A stretch of DNA of 64,000 nucleotides from a candidate division WOR-3 bacterium. GTDB lineage: Bacteria; Hydrothermota; Tepidihabitantia; B3-TA06. This document shows positions 45,001 to 53,530 of this stretch, piece by piece (within the stretch, counting starts at the first letter, position 1; every line of letters starts with the position of its first letter). Location of the stretch: positions 296,911 to 360,910 of the forward strand of contig CBFGKC010000001.1 in the NCBI GenBank assembly GCA_965649265.1. Reading direction: 5' to 3'. The notes beneath the pieces are model-generated. The model was not told the DNA's origin and made no database searches. It worked only from the letters and a program-made list of their open reading frames with translations. Position numbers and translations under genes: made by a program.

Positions 45001-45726
45001 TTAAATCGTTACAGTGTATGTCAGATCAAAGGCTTCACCGTCGCAAGTGCCCTTGAAATTCAATACGTGGGATCCGGTGGGGATAAGAACGGTTCCGCCG
45101 TCAATGACATAGTCCTGAGTGGTGTAATTCTGATCGGCTGTCCTCGCGCCTTTTTCAGCATTATCTGTAAAGGAATTATACCCGGGCACCGTGATGGTGA
45201 AGGAAGATAATGTCACGTCGTAATTAAACGAATACGTATAAGCAACATGGTATCCGCCGTAGCTCGTTGCGCCTGACGCCGCGACGGCCAATGGTTCAAC
45301 AAATATGGCCATGGAAATCTCGCCCACGTCGGTCATCTTTCCGTCCTCTACGGTCAGCTTCTGTCCGCCCTCGCCGGGTTTGTATGTCCCGCCGTAAACG
45401 CCGACAAGATCACCGCCTGATACCTCGCCGTCACCGTCCATGTCTTTCCAGGCCAGAAGATAGTAGTAGCCCGTAAGAACGTCCTCGAGTTTGAAATCGG
45501 CATTGCTAAGGTCGCTACCGCTGGACTCGGATTGACCTATCTTGACCGGATCGCCGGTAAGATCCGAAGTCTCATAAAGCTCTATCCGCGCGTTTCGCAC
45601 GTCGCCGGTTTGACCCGGTTCGAGTATCAATGAACCCTTGACGCCCGTTGAGCCGAAAATACTGCACCCTGCAAATATAGCCGCGAGAAACACCGCTGAA
45701 CCAAGAAGAACGAGCTTCTTTGTCAT
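45001..45726 (-). CDS. hypothetical lipoprotein
   Basis: MTKKLVLLGSAVFLAAIFAGC lipobox. DMDGDGEVSGGD is a Ca-binding-like loop. Confidence 0.6.
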   Translation of the reverse strand: MTKKLVLLGSAVFLAAIFAGCSIFGSTGVKGSLILEPGQTGDVRNARIELYETSDLTGDPVKIGQSESSGSDLSNADFKLEDVLTGYYYLLAWKDMDGDGEVSGGDLVGVYGGTYKPGEGGQKLTVEDGKMTDVGEISMAIFVEPLAVAASGATSYGGYHVAYTYSFNYDVTLSSFTITVPGYNSFTDNAEKGARTADQNYTTQDYVIDGGTVLIPTGSHVLNFKGTCDGEAFDLTYTVTI

Positions 45727-45759
45727 TTCTCCTCCTTGAGGAATTTGGATGTTTTCCTA

Positions 45760-45787
45760 AGTATAGAAGAGTTGTTCAACAAGTCAA
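45760..45787 (-). promoter_or_regulatory. sigma70-like promoter TTGACT-N16-TATACT (leadered, RBS AAGGAGGAG)
   Basis: Minus strand reads gTTGACTtgttgaacaactcttcTATACTtagg...aaggaggagaaATG. Confidence 0.55.
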
Positions 45788-45801
45788 CACAACGTTCTGC
45801 T

Positions 45802-46551
45802 TCAATCCTTCACCCGTTCTCCTTCTTCAGTCCCGACTGACACCTGCTCAATGCCGGTCCGGTAGTCGGGGAAGGCGTAGATGACCTTTCCTTTCAGCTT
45901 CGAACCGCTCTTCTGGAACGCCTTCATGACGAGGATGCCGTCCTGCGGGAAACCCATGACGATTACCCCGTCCACCGTCACCACCTCGTCCGTCGTGTTC
46001 GAACCGTCCTCGTACACCGCCTTGGCGCGGTATCCCTCTCCCTCCTTTTCTATCGTCAGGCGATACATGTATGCTTCCTCATCTCCCACATCGGCGGAGC
46101 TGATGTCGTAGACGCCCGAGAAATCCTTGCTCGAAGGCTCAAGTCTTTTAGCATTCTTGCTCGACTCGTACGCGTACTCTCCATCCTCAACCCAAAGCCC
46201 GGTAATCCCCGAATCCTGTTTTTTGTAGATTCCCACGATGCCGTCCTCGCCTTGGGTGTACGCGCAAAGGCAGCCCGAAAGCTCCACGCCTCGTGCACTC
46301 TCGCTTCCGGGATAGACCCATTCGAGGTTATAGTATTTACCTTCCTTCTTGATGACGAGGTCGATATCATCGTAGCCTTCTCCCGACACCGCGTATTTCC
46401 CGCTGAAATCAGTCGGGCGAGAACGCGTTTCCTCTACTTGGCCGGTTCCCGTCGACCCACGGCCTCCGTTGTCGGAGACCGCGCAGCAGCCTGCGAGGAG
46501 GCCTATCGCGGCAAAGGCGGTAACGCGTCTGAATATACGGAAATCTCTCAT
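45802..46551 (-). CDS. GCC-lipobox lipoprotein, tandem paralogue 4
   Basis: LLAGCCAVS lipobox with two Cys. Two internal DFSG-x-Y...G-x-Y...(I/L)Y/F...G-x-L-x-G modules. Paralogous to the three genes upstream. Confidence 0.65.
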   Translation of the reverse strand: MRDFRIFRRVTAFAAIGLLAGCCAVSDNGGRGSTGTGQVEETRSRPTDFSGKYAVSGEGYDDIDLVIKKEGKYYNLEWVYPGSESARGVELSGCLCAYTQGEDGIVGIYKKQDSGITGLWVEDGEYAYESSKNAKRLEPSSKDFSGVYDISSADVGDEEAYMYRLTIEKEGEGYRAKAVYEDGSNTTDEVVTVDGVIVMGFPQDGILVMKAFQKSGSKLKGKVIYAFPDYRTGIEQVSVGTEEGERVKD

Positions 46552-46589
46552 AAAAGTCTCTCCTTGTTTGATATTTCATAAATCGGACT

Positions 46590-47354
46590 CTACTCCTTTT
46601 CGCCCTTCTCCGTTCCTGTAACAACCTCTTCTTCGCCCGATTCATCGTTATAATACGAGTAAAAGAACTTGCCTTCAAGCTTCGAACCGCTCTTCTGAAA
46701 CGCCTTTGTCACGAGGCTCCCGCCCACCGGGAATCCCATGACTATTATTCTATCGACCGCAAGGGCGTCCCCGGTTACGGCACTTCCGTCCTCGAAGAAC
46801 TCGGTCGCCTTGTACGCGCCCCCGTTCTTCTTAAGGGTCAGGGTATAGGTATAGCTTTCACCGGCGGTGGCGTCAAGCGCCTCGACGGAATAAGAGCCCG
46901 AGAAGTCGTGGTTCGAAGGCTCGAGCGGTTCGGCTCCCTCGCTCATATCGTACACGTATTCGCCTTCTGCGAACCACAGTCCCGCTATGCCGTCTTCCTG
47001 TCTTCTATATATCCCGACGGCACCCTCCTCCCCCGGCGTGGAGGTGCAAAGGTATCTTCCAAGCTCCACGCCCGTGGCGAACCAAGGTTCGCTTGCGGGC
47101 ACGCCCCACTTGAGACTGTAATATTCACCCTCCTTCCTGATCACGAGCAAGAGATCCTCGTACTCCTCGTTCACCATCTCGTACCTGCCGGCGAAGCTTC
47201 TCGATGAGGTTCGCGAATCGTCATCTCTGGGCTTTGTTCTTGTGGTACGGGTGTTCTCGCCTCCTTCCCCGCGCGATAGCAGTCCGCAGCAGCCCGCGAC
47301 TAATGCGCTCATAATCACAGCGGTTAAGACCTTAACTATACGACAGCTCCTCAT
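46590..47354 (-). CDS. GCC-lipobox lipoprotein, tandem paralogue 3
   Basis: LVAGCCGLLSRGEGG. Same two-module architecture. C-terminus ...MGFPVGGSLVTKAFQKSGSKLEGKFFYSYY. Confidence 0.65.
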   Translation of the reverse strand: MRSCRIVKVLTAVIMSALVAGCCGLLSRGEGGENTRTTRTKPRDDDSRTSSRSFAGRYEMVNEEYEDLLLVIRKEGEYYSLKWGVPASEPWFATGVELGRYLCTSTPGEEGAVGIYRRQEDGIAGLWFAEGEYVYDMSEGAEPLEPSNHDFSGSYSVEALDATAGESYTYTLTLKKNGGAYKATEFFEDGSAVTGDALAVDRIIVMGFPVGGSLVTKAFQKSGSKLEGKFFYSYYNDESGEEEVVTGTEKGEKE

Positions 47355-47379
47355 GATTTCCTCCTTGCATTCTTATTAG

Positions 47380-48147
47380 TTATTCTTTTTCGGCTATCTC
47401 GCCGTTAGAAAATAAATGCTCCTTGCGCTCCACGTCGTCGTATTCGGTATAAAAGTACCAGCCGTCGAGCTTGGAGCCTTCCACTTTGTAAATCCTGACC
47501 GTGATGCTGCCGCCGACGCCTACCCCGGAGCAAAAGTAATCACCCGAAGCGATACCTGCGGCGGTGAGCGTGGGTTCCTCCTCGGAGTTCCAGTAGACCT
47601 TATAGGTTTGCCCAGTGCGTCTGATGTAATAAGTCTGTTCGTACCCCTCTCCCTCCCCGTCGAAACCTATCACGCTGTATTTTCCCGAAAGATCGCGAAC
47701 GGAGGGCCTCAAGGCACTCGCGCCCGGCGAGCGCTCGGTGAAGTAAGCGTCACCCTCCAGGTTCGTAAAAATTCCCGTGAGCTTCGAGCCCTGTTTTTTG
47801 TAAAATCCGAAGATGCCTGGTTCCCTCTCGCTCTCTACTGCAAGCACATCCTCCCCCTCATAGGCGAAGCCGGAGCCGCTCCACGTCTCTCCGTCCTCGG
47901 TCTCCCACTTGAGCTTGTAGCCCTTCTCGAACCTCTTGATAGTCAGGGTGTATGTCGGACCCTCGCCTTGGTAGACCTCGTATGTGCCTGTGAAGTCACC
48001 GCTGTCCTTGTTGTCGGTAGTTTTCCGGGATACGCTTTTCCCGACTTCCCGCTCGTTACCCTCCTCTCCTTGTGACAAAAGCCCGCAGCAGCCGGTCAGT
48101 GCAAGCGCCGCGGCGATCATGAAAGTAAAGAACGTCTTTTTTTTCAT
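47380..48147 (-). CDS. GCC-lipobox lipoprotein, tandem paralogue 2 (most divergent)
   Basis: Start chosen at the ATG at 48147 (MKKKTFFTFMIAAALALTGCCGLLSQGEEG, RBS AAGGAG). The longer ORF to 48264 overlaps paralogue 1. Confidence 0.65.
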   Translation of the reverse strand: MKKKTFFTFMIAAALALTGCCGLLSQGEEGNEREVGKSVSRKTTDNKDSGDFTGTYEVYQGEGPTYTLTIKRFEKGYKLKWETEDGETWSGSGFAYEGEDVLAVESEREPGIFGFYKKQGSKLTGIFTNLEGDAYFTERSPGASALRPSVRDLSGKYSVIGFDGEGEGYEQTYYIRRTGQTYKVYWNSEEEPTLTAAGIASGDYFCSGVGVGGSITVRIYKVEGSKLDGWYFYTEYDDVERKEHLFSNGEIAEKE

Positions 48148-48175
48148 TTCTAGACTCCTTCGATTATAAGCACGT

Positions 48176-48919
48176 TCACTCGCGAGAGGCCTTTTCGCTG
48201 CCCAGAGACACCTTATCCTCGCCCTCCTCCTCATCATAGTAGCTGTAGAAGAATTTTCCATCAAGGCGCGAGCCCTTCATCTGGAACAACTTGACTACCA
48301 TGCTCCCGCCTATCGGAAAGCCCATGATTATGACGTCATCACAAGCGAAGCCGAAACCCTCCACGCTCGAACCGTCGTCGAAGCTCTCCACGGCCTTGTA
48401 CAAATCGCCTGAACGCACAAGCCGCAGGGTGTAGTCGTATTTCTCGCCGGTCTCTTGATCGCGGCTTACAGCGCTGTAGGTGCCCGAAAAGCTGCGGCTC
48501 GAAGGCTCTAAAGGCTCTGCTCCCGCGGTAGTATCGAAGGCAGAAACTTGCTCGCCGTCGCTCCAGAGCGCCGAGAGATTCTTGCCGTCAAGCTTGTATA
48601 TACCAAGCGTTGCGTCTTCCCCTCCCTCGCAAACGCCAAGGTAATTGCCGAGCACGACGCCGTAGGCAAACCACGGCTCGCTCTCCGGTTCTGACCACTC
48701 GAGACGGTAATAACCGCCGTGCTTTGTTATTTCGAGTGTCAGATCCTCGAAGTTAGGGTCTTCAATTTCGTAGCTTCCGGCGAAATCCGCCGGCCTGGAT
48801 GTGCGTTTCGTCTCCTTCGCTGCGTCGGAGCCGGATGACGATTCGTTGTCACCTTGAGACAAAAGCCCGCAGCAGCCCATCACCGCGAGCGCAATCATCA
48901 AGAAAAAGAGTTTCCTCAT
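48176..48919 (-). CDS. GCC-lipobox lipoprotein, tandem paralogue 1
   Basis: MRKLFFLMIALAVMGCCGLLSQGDNE, RBS AAGGAGGAAC. Same two-module architecture. Confidence 0.65.
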   Translation of the reverse strand: MRKLFFLMIALAVMGCCGLLSQGDNESSSGSDAAKETKRTSRPADFAGSYEIEDPNFEDLTLEITKHGGYYRLEWSEPESEPWFAYGVVLGNYLGVCEGGEDATLGIYKLDGKNLSALWSDGEQVSAFDTTAGAEPLEPSSRSFSGTYSAVSRDQETGEKYDYTLRLVRSGDLYKAVESFDDGSSVEGFGFACDDVIIMGFPIGGSMVVKLFQMKGSRLDGKFFYSYYDEEEGEDKVSLGSEKASRE

Positions 48920-48947
48920 GAGTTCCTCCTTGTTTGGTTTTGCCGTA

Positions 48948-48975
48948 GGATAGTCCGCAGCTCGGGTATGTCAAG
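48948..48975 (-). promoter_or_regulatory. sigma70-like promoter TTGACA-N16-TATCCT of the lipoprotein array
   Basis: Minus strand reads cTTGACAtacccgagctgcggacTATCCTacggc...aaggaggaactcATG. Confidence 0.5.
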
Positions 48976-49089
48976 GCTCAGGGCGCTCCGGTTCCTCGAA
49001 CTTTCGGAAATACCTTGGGTAGGGCGTTGATCATAACCACCGGGGAATGGCAGTTTTGTCGATTTATGAGTAGGGCTGGGGGGGAGGGG

Positions 49090-49731
49090 CTACTTCGGCC
49101 TGAAGGTCTCCTCGACCGCGCGCTCAAGCTCGGCGATGCGGTCGGGGTAGTGATCGGGACCGACGGTTTCGCCCTCGGTGTAATAGATGTAAGTGGTTGA
49201 AAGACAAGTTATTCTGAAATCGAGCTTGTTAGTCGAGATGATATAGTTCGTAAAGGAACCGCTTTCGTGATCGGCGCCGTCGCAAGCATACACCCACCAC
49301 TTGCCGCGAATGCGGTATGCTTCATTGCCGTTGACAGTTATCTTCTGAAACCCCGAGGTATCGTAGGAGATGTAACCGCCGTAGTTGTACAATGGTCGCG
49401 GGACCAGGGTATCGCTTGCTATATGCGGAAACCAATAAACTAAAATATAATCATTTGGGACATCAACCCAGATATTATCGCTAGTTGAAGAATAATGTTT
49501 AACAACACCGGTTTCTTCATTTTTATAGCCGTAAGTCTTATTTGACGGCATATAATAAGGAATAAGCGAAGAATCTTTTTCGACGTCTGCCCCGTTAAAA
49601 CCGTTATCTCGAAAAAAGGGATCTAGGGGACAAGAAACGTTAGTGAACTCCTTCCACTCGCTGTATCCTTGCGGAAGCTTAGGGAACTCAGGCGGATACC
49701 AGATGCCTGATAAGAGAAGTAAAACGCCCAC
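49090..49731 (-). CDS. small protein, cassette copy 2 (candidate cognate/immunity-like partner)
   Basis: 213 aa, paralogue of 50343..50990. Shared features are the WxP..P+LP N-terminus, DFRITC, and the EETF(K/R)PK C-terminus. GTG start 5 nt after TATACT. Confidence 0.55.
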   Translation of the reverse strand: MGVLLLLSGIWYPPEFPKLPQGYSEWKEFTNVSCPLDPFFRDNGFNGADVEKDSSLIPYYMPSNKTYGYKNEETGVVKHYSSTSDNIWVDVPNDYILVYWFPHIASDTLVPRPLYNYGGYISYDTSGFQKITVNGNEAYRIRGKWWVYACDGADHESGSFTNYIISTNKLDFRITCLSTTYIYYTEGETVGPDHYPDRIAELERAVEETFRPK

Positions 49732-49736
49732 ACGAA

Positions 49737-49764
49737 AGTATACCCCTGACTACATAGTTGTCAA
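49737..49764 (-). promoter_or_regulatory. sigma70-like promoter TTGACA-N16-TATACT, 5 nt before the GTG at 49731
   Basis: Minus strand reads cTTGACAactatgtagtcaggggTATACTttcgtGTG. The sequence is homologous to 50996..51023. Confidence 0.55.
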
Positions 49765-49771
49765 GACCCGC

Positions 49772-50323
49772 TTACGGTCGGAAAGGCCTCTGTAGCCACG
49801 GGCACTCAGGTTGAGGAACAGGCTCTATGTTGAAGCCTCCCAGTTCCAAAAGGTCCCAGGTCACCGGTCCGCATATCCACTGGTTGCGCTCCCACATGAG
49901 TTCGTTGCGGTTGATGTCCACGGCTTGCAGCTGCACGGCTCCGTCTCCCAAAAGCACGAAACAAATAAGCTGAAAGTTCCGCAGTGCGGCAGCGGTATCG
50001 TTTCCAAAGACGTCGTCCTCATCCGCTCTTACTAGCTCCGGGTACTGCATGTATGCGGGTATAAATAGGGGGTAATCACGGTGCAACCTGTTCCGCTCAA
50101 GAGTGAACAAATCCTCTATCTCGTGCCTTGCATCATTGAAAGCGGTGATATAATCTATTCTGTTGTTCAAAGCCCTTTGCATCCGGTGAACCCACTGCTC
50201 GCCGTTCTCGCCGGGCCTCAGAACGGTTTGCACGTCTGTTGCGCCAATCTGCAAAACGGGCTTGAACGCAATGAGGCCGATGCTTTCAAGATGGAGCCTG
50301 TACAACGACCACGCGTCCCACAC
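49772..50323 (-). CDS. orphan copy of the PG-binding-like C-terminal module of 51026..52720
   Basis: 183 aa. It aligns from VWDAWSLYRLHLESIGLIAFKP to the end of the 564-aa protein. 122 of 140 nt are identical between 50191..50330 and 51553..51692. Only a GTG start, with no SD. May be silent. Confidence 0.45.
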   Translation of the reverse strand: MWDAWSLYRLHLESIGLIAFKPVLQIGATDVQTVLRPGENGEQWVHRMQRALNNRIDYITAFNDARHEIEDLFTLERNRLHRDYPLFIPAYMQYPELVRADEDDVFGNDTAAALRNFQLICFVLLGDGAVQLQAVDINRNELMWERNQWICGPVTWDLLELGGFNIEPVPQPECPWLQRPFRP

Positions 50324-50342
50324 GATGACGGGGGAGGGGGGA

Positions 50343-50990
50343 TTATTTTGGTTTAAAAGTCTCCTCTATCACCTGTTCGAGTATGGTGTTGTGGTCAGGA
50401 TAAGTATTGATTTGCTCATCCTCGTGAGAATAGCTGTAAAGCATAGTAGTACAAGTTATTCTGAAATCGTAAGTTTTAGAAGGTATAAAATAAGTAGTAT
50501 ATGAGCCTACCCACTGACTACCCCAGTCACATTGTCCTGCCCAAAACCAACCTCTCTGACGGCAGGCTATATTCTCAGATATGCTTATAGTGTCGAGAAG
50601 CGTGTCTTTCGATAGGAAGAGGGCCCATGAGTGCCAATACGAGTGAAGAGGCAAAAGAATATTATAAATATCAACTGAATCAGTTTGATGTTTTGTCCAC
50701 CGAATATAAATGTCTCCATATCCCCAGTTGTTTTTTAACCAAATAGAAGTATCCGTGACATAATGAACGAATCCTGATAAAGAATCACCACCACTATATA
50801 TTTCCTTAAGGTTAACCTCAGTTAAAGCAAAAGGTTTATAAGAGATGGTTTCATAGCTAGAGATTCCCAGTAACGGTTTGTAAAAACCTGGGTCGTACTT
50901 TTGCCAAGAGGTATAGTCTTCAGGAGGTTCAGGTAGACGGGGCGCTTTTGAAGGTAGCCATGTATTAAGCAAAAGAATTACAAAAGACAC
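50343..50990 (-). CDS. small protein, cassette copy 1 (candidate cognate/immunity-like partner)
   Basis: 215 aa, AT-rich, paralogue of 49090..49731. GTG start 5 nt after TATACT. Confidence 0.55.
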   Translation of the reverse strand: MSFVILLLNTWLPSKAPRLPEPPEDYTSWQKYDPGFYKPLLGISSYETISYKPFALTEVNLKEIYSGGDSLSGFVHYVTDTSIWLKNNWGYGDIYIRWTKHQTDSVDIYNILLPLHSYWHSWALFLSKDTLLDTISISENIACRQRGWFWAGQCDWGSQWVGSYTTYFIPSKTYDFRITCTTMLYSYSHEDEQINTYPDHNTILEQVIEETFKPK

Positions 50991-50995
50991 CCAAA

Positions 50996-51023
50996 AGTAT
51001 ACCCTTGGCTACATACTTGTCAA
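50996..51023 (-). promoter_or_regulatory. sigma70-like promoter TTGACA-N16-TATACT, 5 nt before the GTG at 50990
   Basis: Minus strand reads cTTGACAagtatgtagccaagggTATACTtttggGTG. The -35 box starts 3 nt after the stop of 51026..52720. Confidence 0.55.
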
Positions 51024-51025
51024 GC

Positions 51026-52720
51026 TTACTCTCGTTCAGGTTCCTGCCAGGGTGGGCGAAGAGGGTTTCCTGGATCAGGTGCGAACCAGGGCCACTGGGG
51101 AAACCTTTGTTCTGCCGGCCGGGGGGCGATGAGTACGTTGAAGGTTCTTGACTCCAGAAGCTCCCACGTTACTGGACCGCAAACCCACTGGTTGCGTTCC
51201 CATATAAGTTCGTTGCGGTTGATATTTGTGCCAATCTCCAAGTCGGCATTTTCTAAAAGAACGTAACATGCGAGTTGAAAGGTCCTCAATGCAGCTGCTG
51301 TGGCATTTCCGAATATCATTGCTTCTCCGTTTTCTCCGTCCAGAGGGATTTCGTTCATTTCAGGTAAAACCATATTCTGTGGGATGAACAATCTCCATTC
51401 GTTAATCCTTGCTCTTGCTTGTTCATCTTGCTGATCTCTTTGTTGATTGTTGTAGAGTTGATTTCGAAAAGTATTAAAAGTCCGCTCTATTGAATCCTTG
51501 TAGGGTTGTAAAATCCGAATCCTTGCATTCAAGGCTTGCTGCATTCTATCTACCCACTGCTCGCCGTTCTCGCCTGGCCTTAGTTCGACTCGTACATCTG
51601 CTGCGCCAATCTGTAAAATGGGCTTGAATGCAATGAGGCCGATGCTTTCAAGATGGAGCCTATACAAAGACCACGCATCCCATACGATAACGTTGAACCT
51701 AGGTTGATTCGTAATCGGCTCGGGGGGATCAATTCTTAACCAACTACTGCCAGTGAGCGTATCCCCTCCGAATATTTCATCGTAGATTGTTGAGGGATTT
51801 GATGCAACTTGTGATCCAGCTATTAATGCACATCCTCTTGACCATGTAGAAATTGGGTTTTGTGGTTTAGGTCCCGCATGAATCTGAATCTGGCTGGGTG
51901 CGTTGGGGTCGCTTTCATTAAAGAAAGTATATTGCGTTATCAAGGAATTGTTATTTAATCTTCCAAAGTCAGTAATTCTTGTACCTCTAACCGCTTCGCC
52001 GCCATTAATATTCAAGCAAGGATATGGGGGATAATTAGGTCCGTGTCCACCCCACGTAGCATAGTAATTTCCGCTTCCGATACAGGCTGCCCATTTTTCT
52101 TGAATCGCATTAATCCCTGGATTAATTGAGCCAAGCAATGGTCTTATGTGTGGATTGCCTAGAGAATCCTGCCAAACCAAAATTATAGTGTCGGTCATTC
52201 GGTCAACAACGTTATCTGCAAGTTCAAGCCAGCAGCGGTTGTCCTCGATTCCGCTCGTTTCGACTCTCCGGCGCTTGCCGGCCAGATCAAGCCGGTCTAC
52301 TTCCGTCTCAATGTCCCTTGCCCTTTGCCTGAACTGCTGTACTATCGCGTTGCTCGAGTTCACAATGTTCCGGCAACCAGTCGAGATGAAATCCAGATAA
52401 CTATTTTGCCCATGGGGAACAAGCTCCCGATAAAGTGAAGGGTCCTTCTTAAGAATTTCTGTTATCAGTGTCCAGGTTGTATCAAACAATCCTGGAACCT
52501 GCGTTTTATAGTCGTGCAGCGCGTCGTAATCCATTATCATGGGTTCGAGTTGATCCTGTGTGCTTATCGCAAGACCGCTGTAGACAGGTTTTGCACCGCG
52601 CAGTTCTATGATGTTTATCTGGTTTGCCCCGGTGTCAAAGGGCATATTCATTCTTCGTGCAAAGTTAGACAAAAGCTCGTAAGTAACTTCAAATCTTTGA
52701 TCCCTTCCATTGAACAACAT
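51026..52720 (-). CDS. YkuD-like (L,D-transpeptidase-fold) protein with C-terminal peptidoglycan-binding-like module, no signal peptide
   Basis: Start chosen at the ATG at 52720 (GGAGGttttgaagATG), directly after the upstream stop. IQIHAGPKPQNPISTWSRGCALIAG has the His...S-x-G-C spacing. The C-terminus carries GENGEQWVDRMQQALN...FGNATAAALRTFQ...VCGPVTWELL. Confidence 0.55.
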   Translation of the reverse strand: MLFNGRDQRFEVTYELLSNFARRMNMPFDTGANQINIIELRGAKPVYSGLAISTQDQLEPMIMDYDALHDYKTQVPGLFDTTWTLITEILKKDPSLYRELVPHGQNSYLDFISTGCRNIVNSSNAIVQQFRQRARDIETEVDRLDLAGKRRRVETSGIEDNRCWLELADNVVDRMTDTIILVWQDSLGNPHIRPLLGSINPGINAIQEKWAACIGSGNYYATWGGHGPNYPPYPCLNINGGEAVRGTRITDFGRLNNNSLITQYTFFNESDPNAPSQIQIHAGPKPQNPISTWSRGCALIAGSQVASNPSTIYDEIFGGDTLTGSSWLRIDPPEPITNQPRFNVIVWDAWSLYRLHLESIGLIAFKPILQIGAADVRVELRPGENGEQWVDRMQQALNARIRILQPYKDSIERTFNTFRNQLYNNQQRDQQDEQARARINEWRLFIPQNMVLPEMNEIPLDGENGEAMIFGNATAAALRTFQLACYVLLENADLEIGTNINRNELIWERNQWVCGPVTWELLESRTFNVLIAPRPAEQRFPQWPWFAPDPGNPLRPPWQEPERE

Positions 52721-52722
52721 CT

Positions 52723-53346
52723 TCAAAACCTCCATTCGTATTTCAGGTTTACGTGGAGCCCCCTTGTGTCGAGCCGGGGGCCAAGGCTCGCGCCGCGCCA
52801 GGTTAAGCGGGCCTCGGCGTAGGGCACAATCCGCGATGCCGTGCTGTCGCCCCAGAGCCGCGCCTCCGTGCCCAGCGAGACCGCGAAACGCGGCACATCC
52901 CTCAGGCTCTTCACGAAGAAACCCTCGCCCTTGGTGGAGATCGAAAACCGCTCACCCACATCGTACGAATACTCCCTGACGGTCGCCGAACCCGTCCATT
53001 TGCTCTGGCCAAGGCTGTCAGTTGCAAGGACCGGCAGAAGGCTCGTAAATGACACTCGATCTTTCGCATAATCGAGATTTATGATGCTCTCGGGCCAGCG
53101 TCCCCAGAGCGTCTCCGGCTTAATTGTGTCTTTGAAAATTACAACCGTCTCGGCAGGAACGTCCTTCCATATCACCCGTTCGTACCAGCGGAGCACGGTG
53201 TCCCTGACGATTTCCTTGATCCGAAGCGTGTCGCGGACCGTAATTTGACCGGTAGTTTTTCCTGCGCGGCACCGCAGGCCTGCTATAAACGCCGTCGCTA
53301 TAAGCACTAACGACGCGAACAGAGTAATCCAATCCCTCAATTTCAT
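52723..53346 (-). CDS. membrane-anchored beta-rich protein of unknown function
   Basis: N-terminal TM helix MKLRDWITLFASLVLIATAFIAGL, beta-rich remainder ending ...NLKYEWRF. First gene of the minus-strand array. Confidence 0.5.
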   Translation of the reverse strand: MKLRDWITLFASLVLIATAFIAGLRCRAGKTTGQITVRDTLRIKEIVRDTVLRWYERVIWKDVPAETVVIFKDTIKPETLWGRWPESIINLDYAKDRVSFTSLLPVLATDSLGQSKWTGSATVREYSYDVGERFSISTKGEGFFVKSLRDVPRFAVSLGTEARLWGDSTASRIVPYAEARLTWRGASLGPRLDTRGLHVNLKYEWRF

Positions 53347-53495
53347 ATGCTATTATCCTCCAATCCCTGACGCGCGCCATAGAAATCTGCTATGATATTA
53401 TATGCTCTATAAAGAGTAGTTTCTTCTTTAAATTACTCTCCAACCTCAACAAATGCTGCGAATTTCTTCGGGGACCCCCTGCTTCCTACCCCTGC

Positions 53496-53523
53496 TTGAT
53501 TAATCGAGAAAGTGGATTATCCT
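53496..53523 (+). promoter_or_regulatory. sigma70-like promoter TTGATT-N16-TATCCT, 7 nt before the ATG at 53531 (leaderless)
   Basis: Plus strand reads cTTGATTaatcgagaaagtggatTATCCTcagaataATG. Confidence 0.45.
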
Positions 53524-53530
53524 CAGAATA

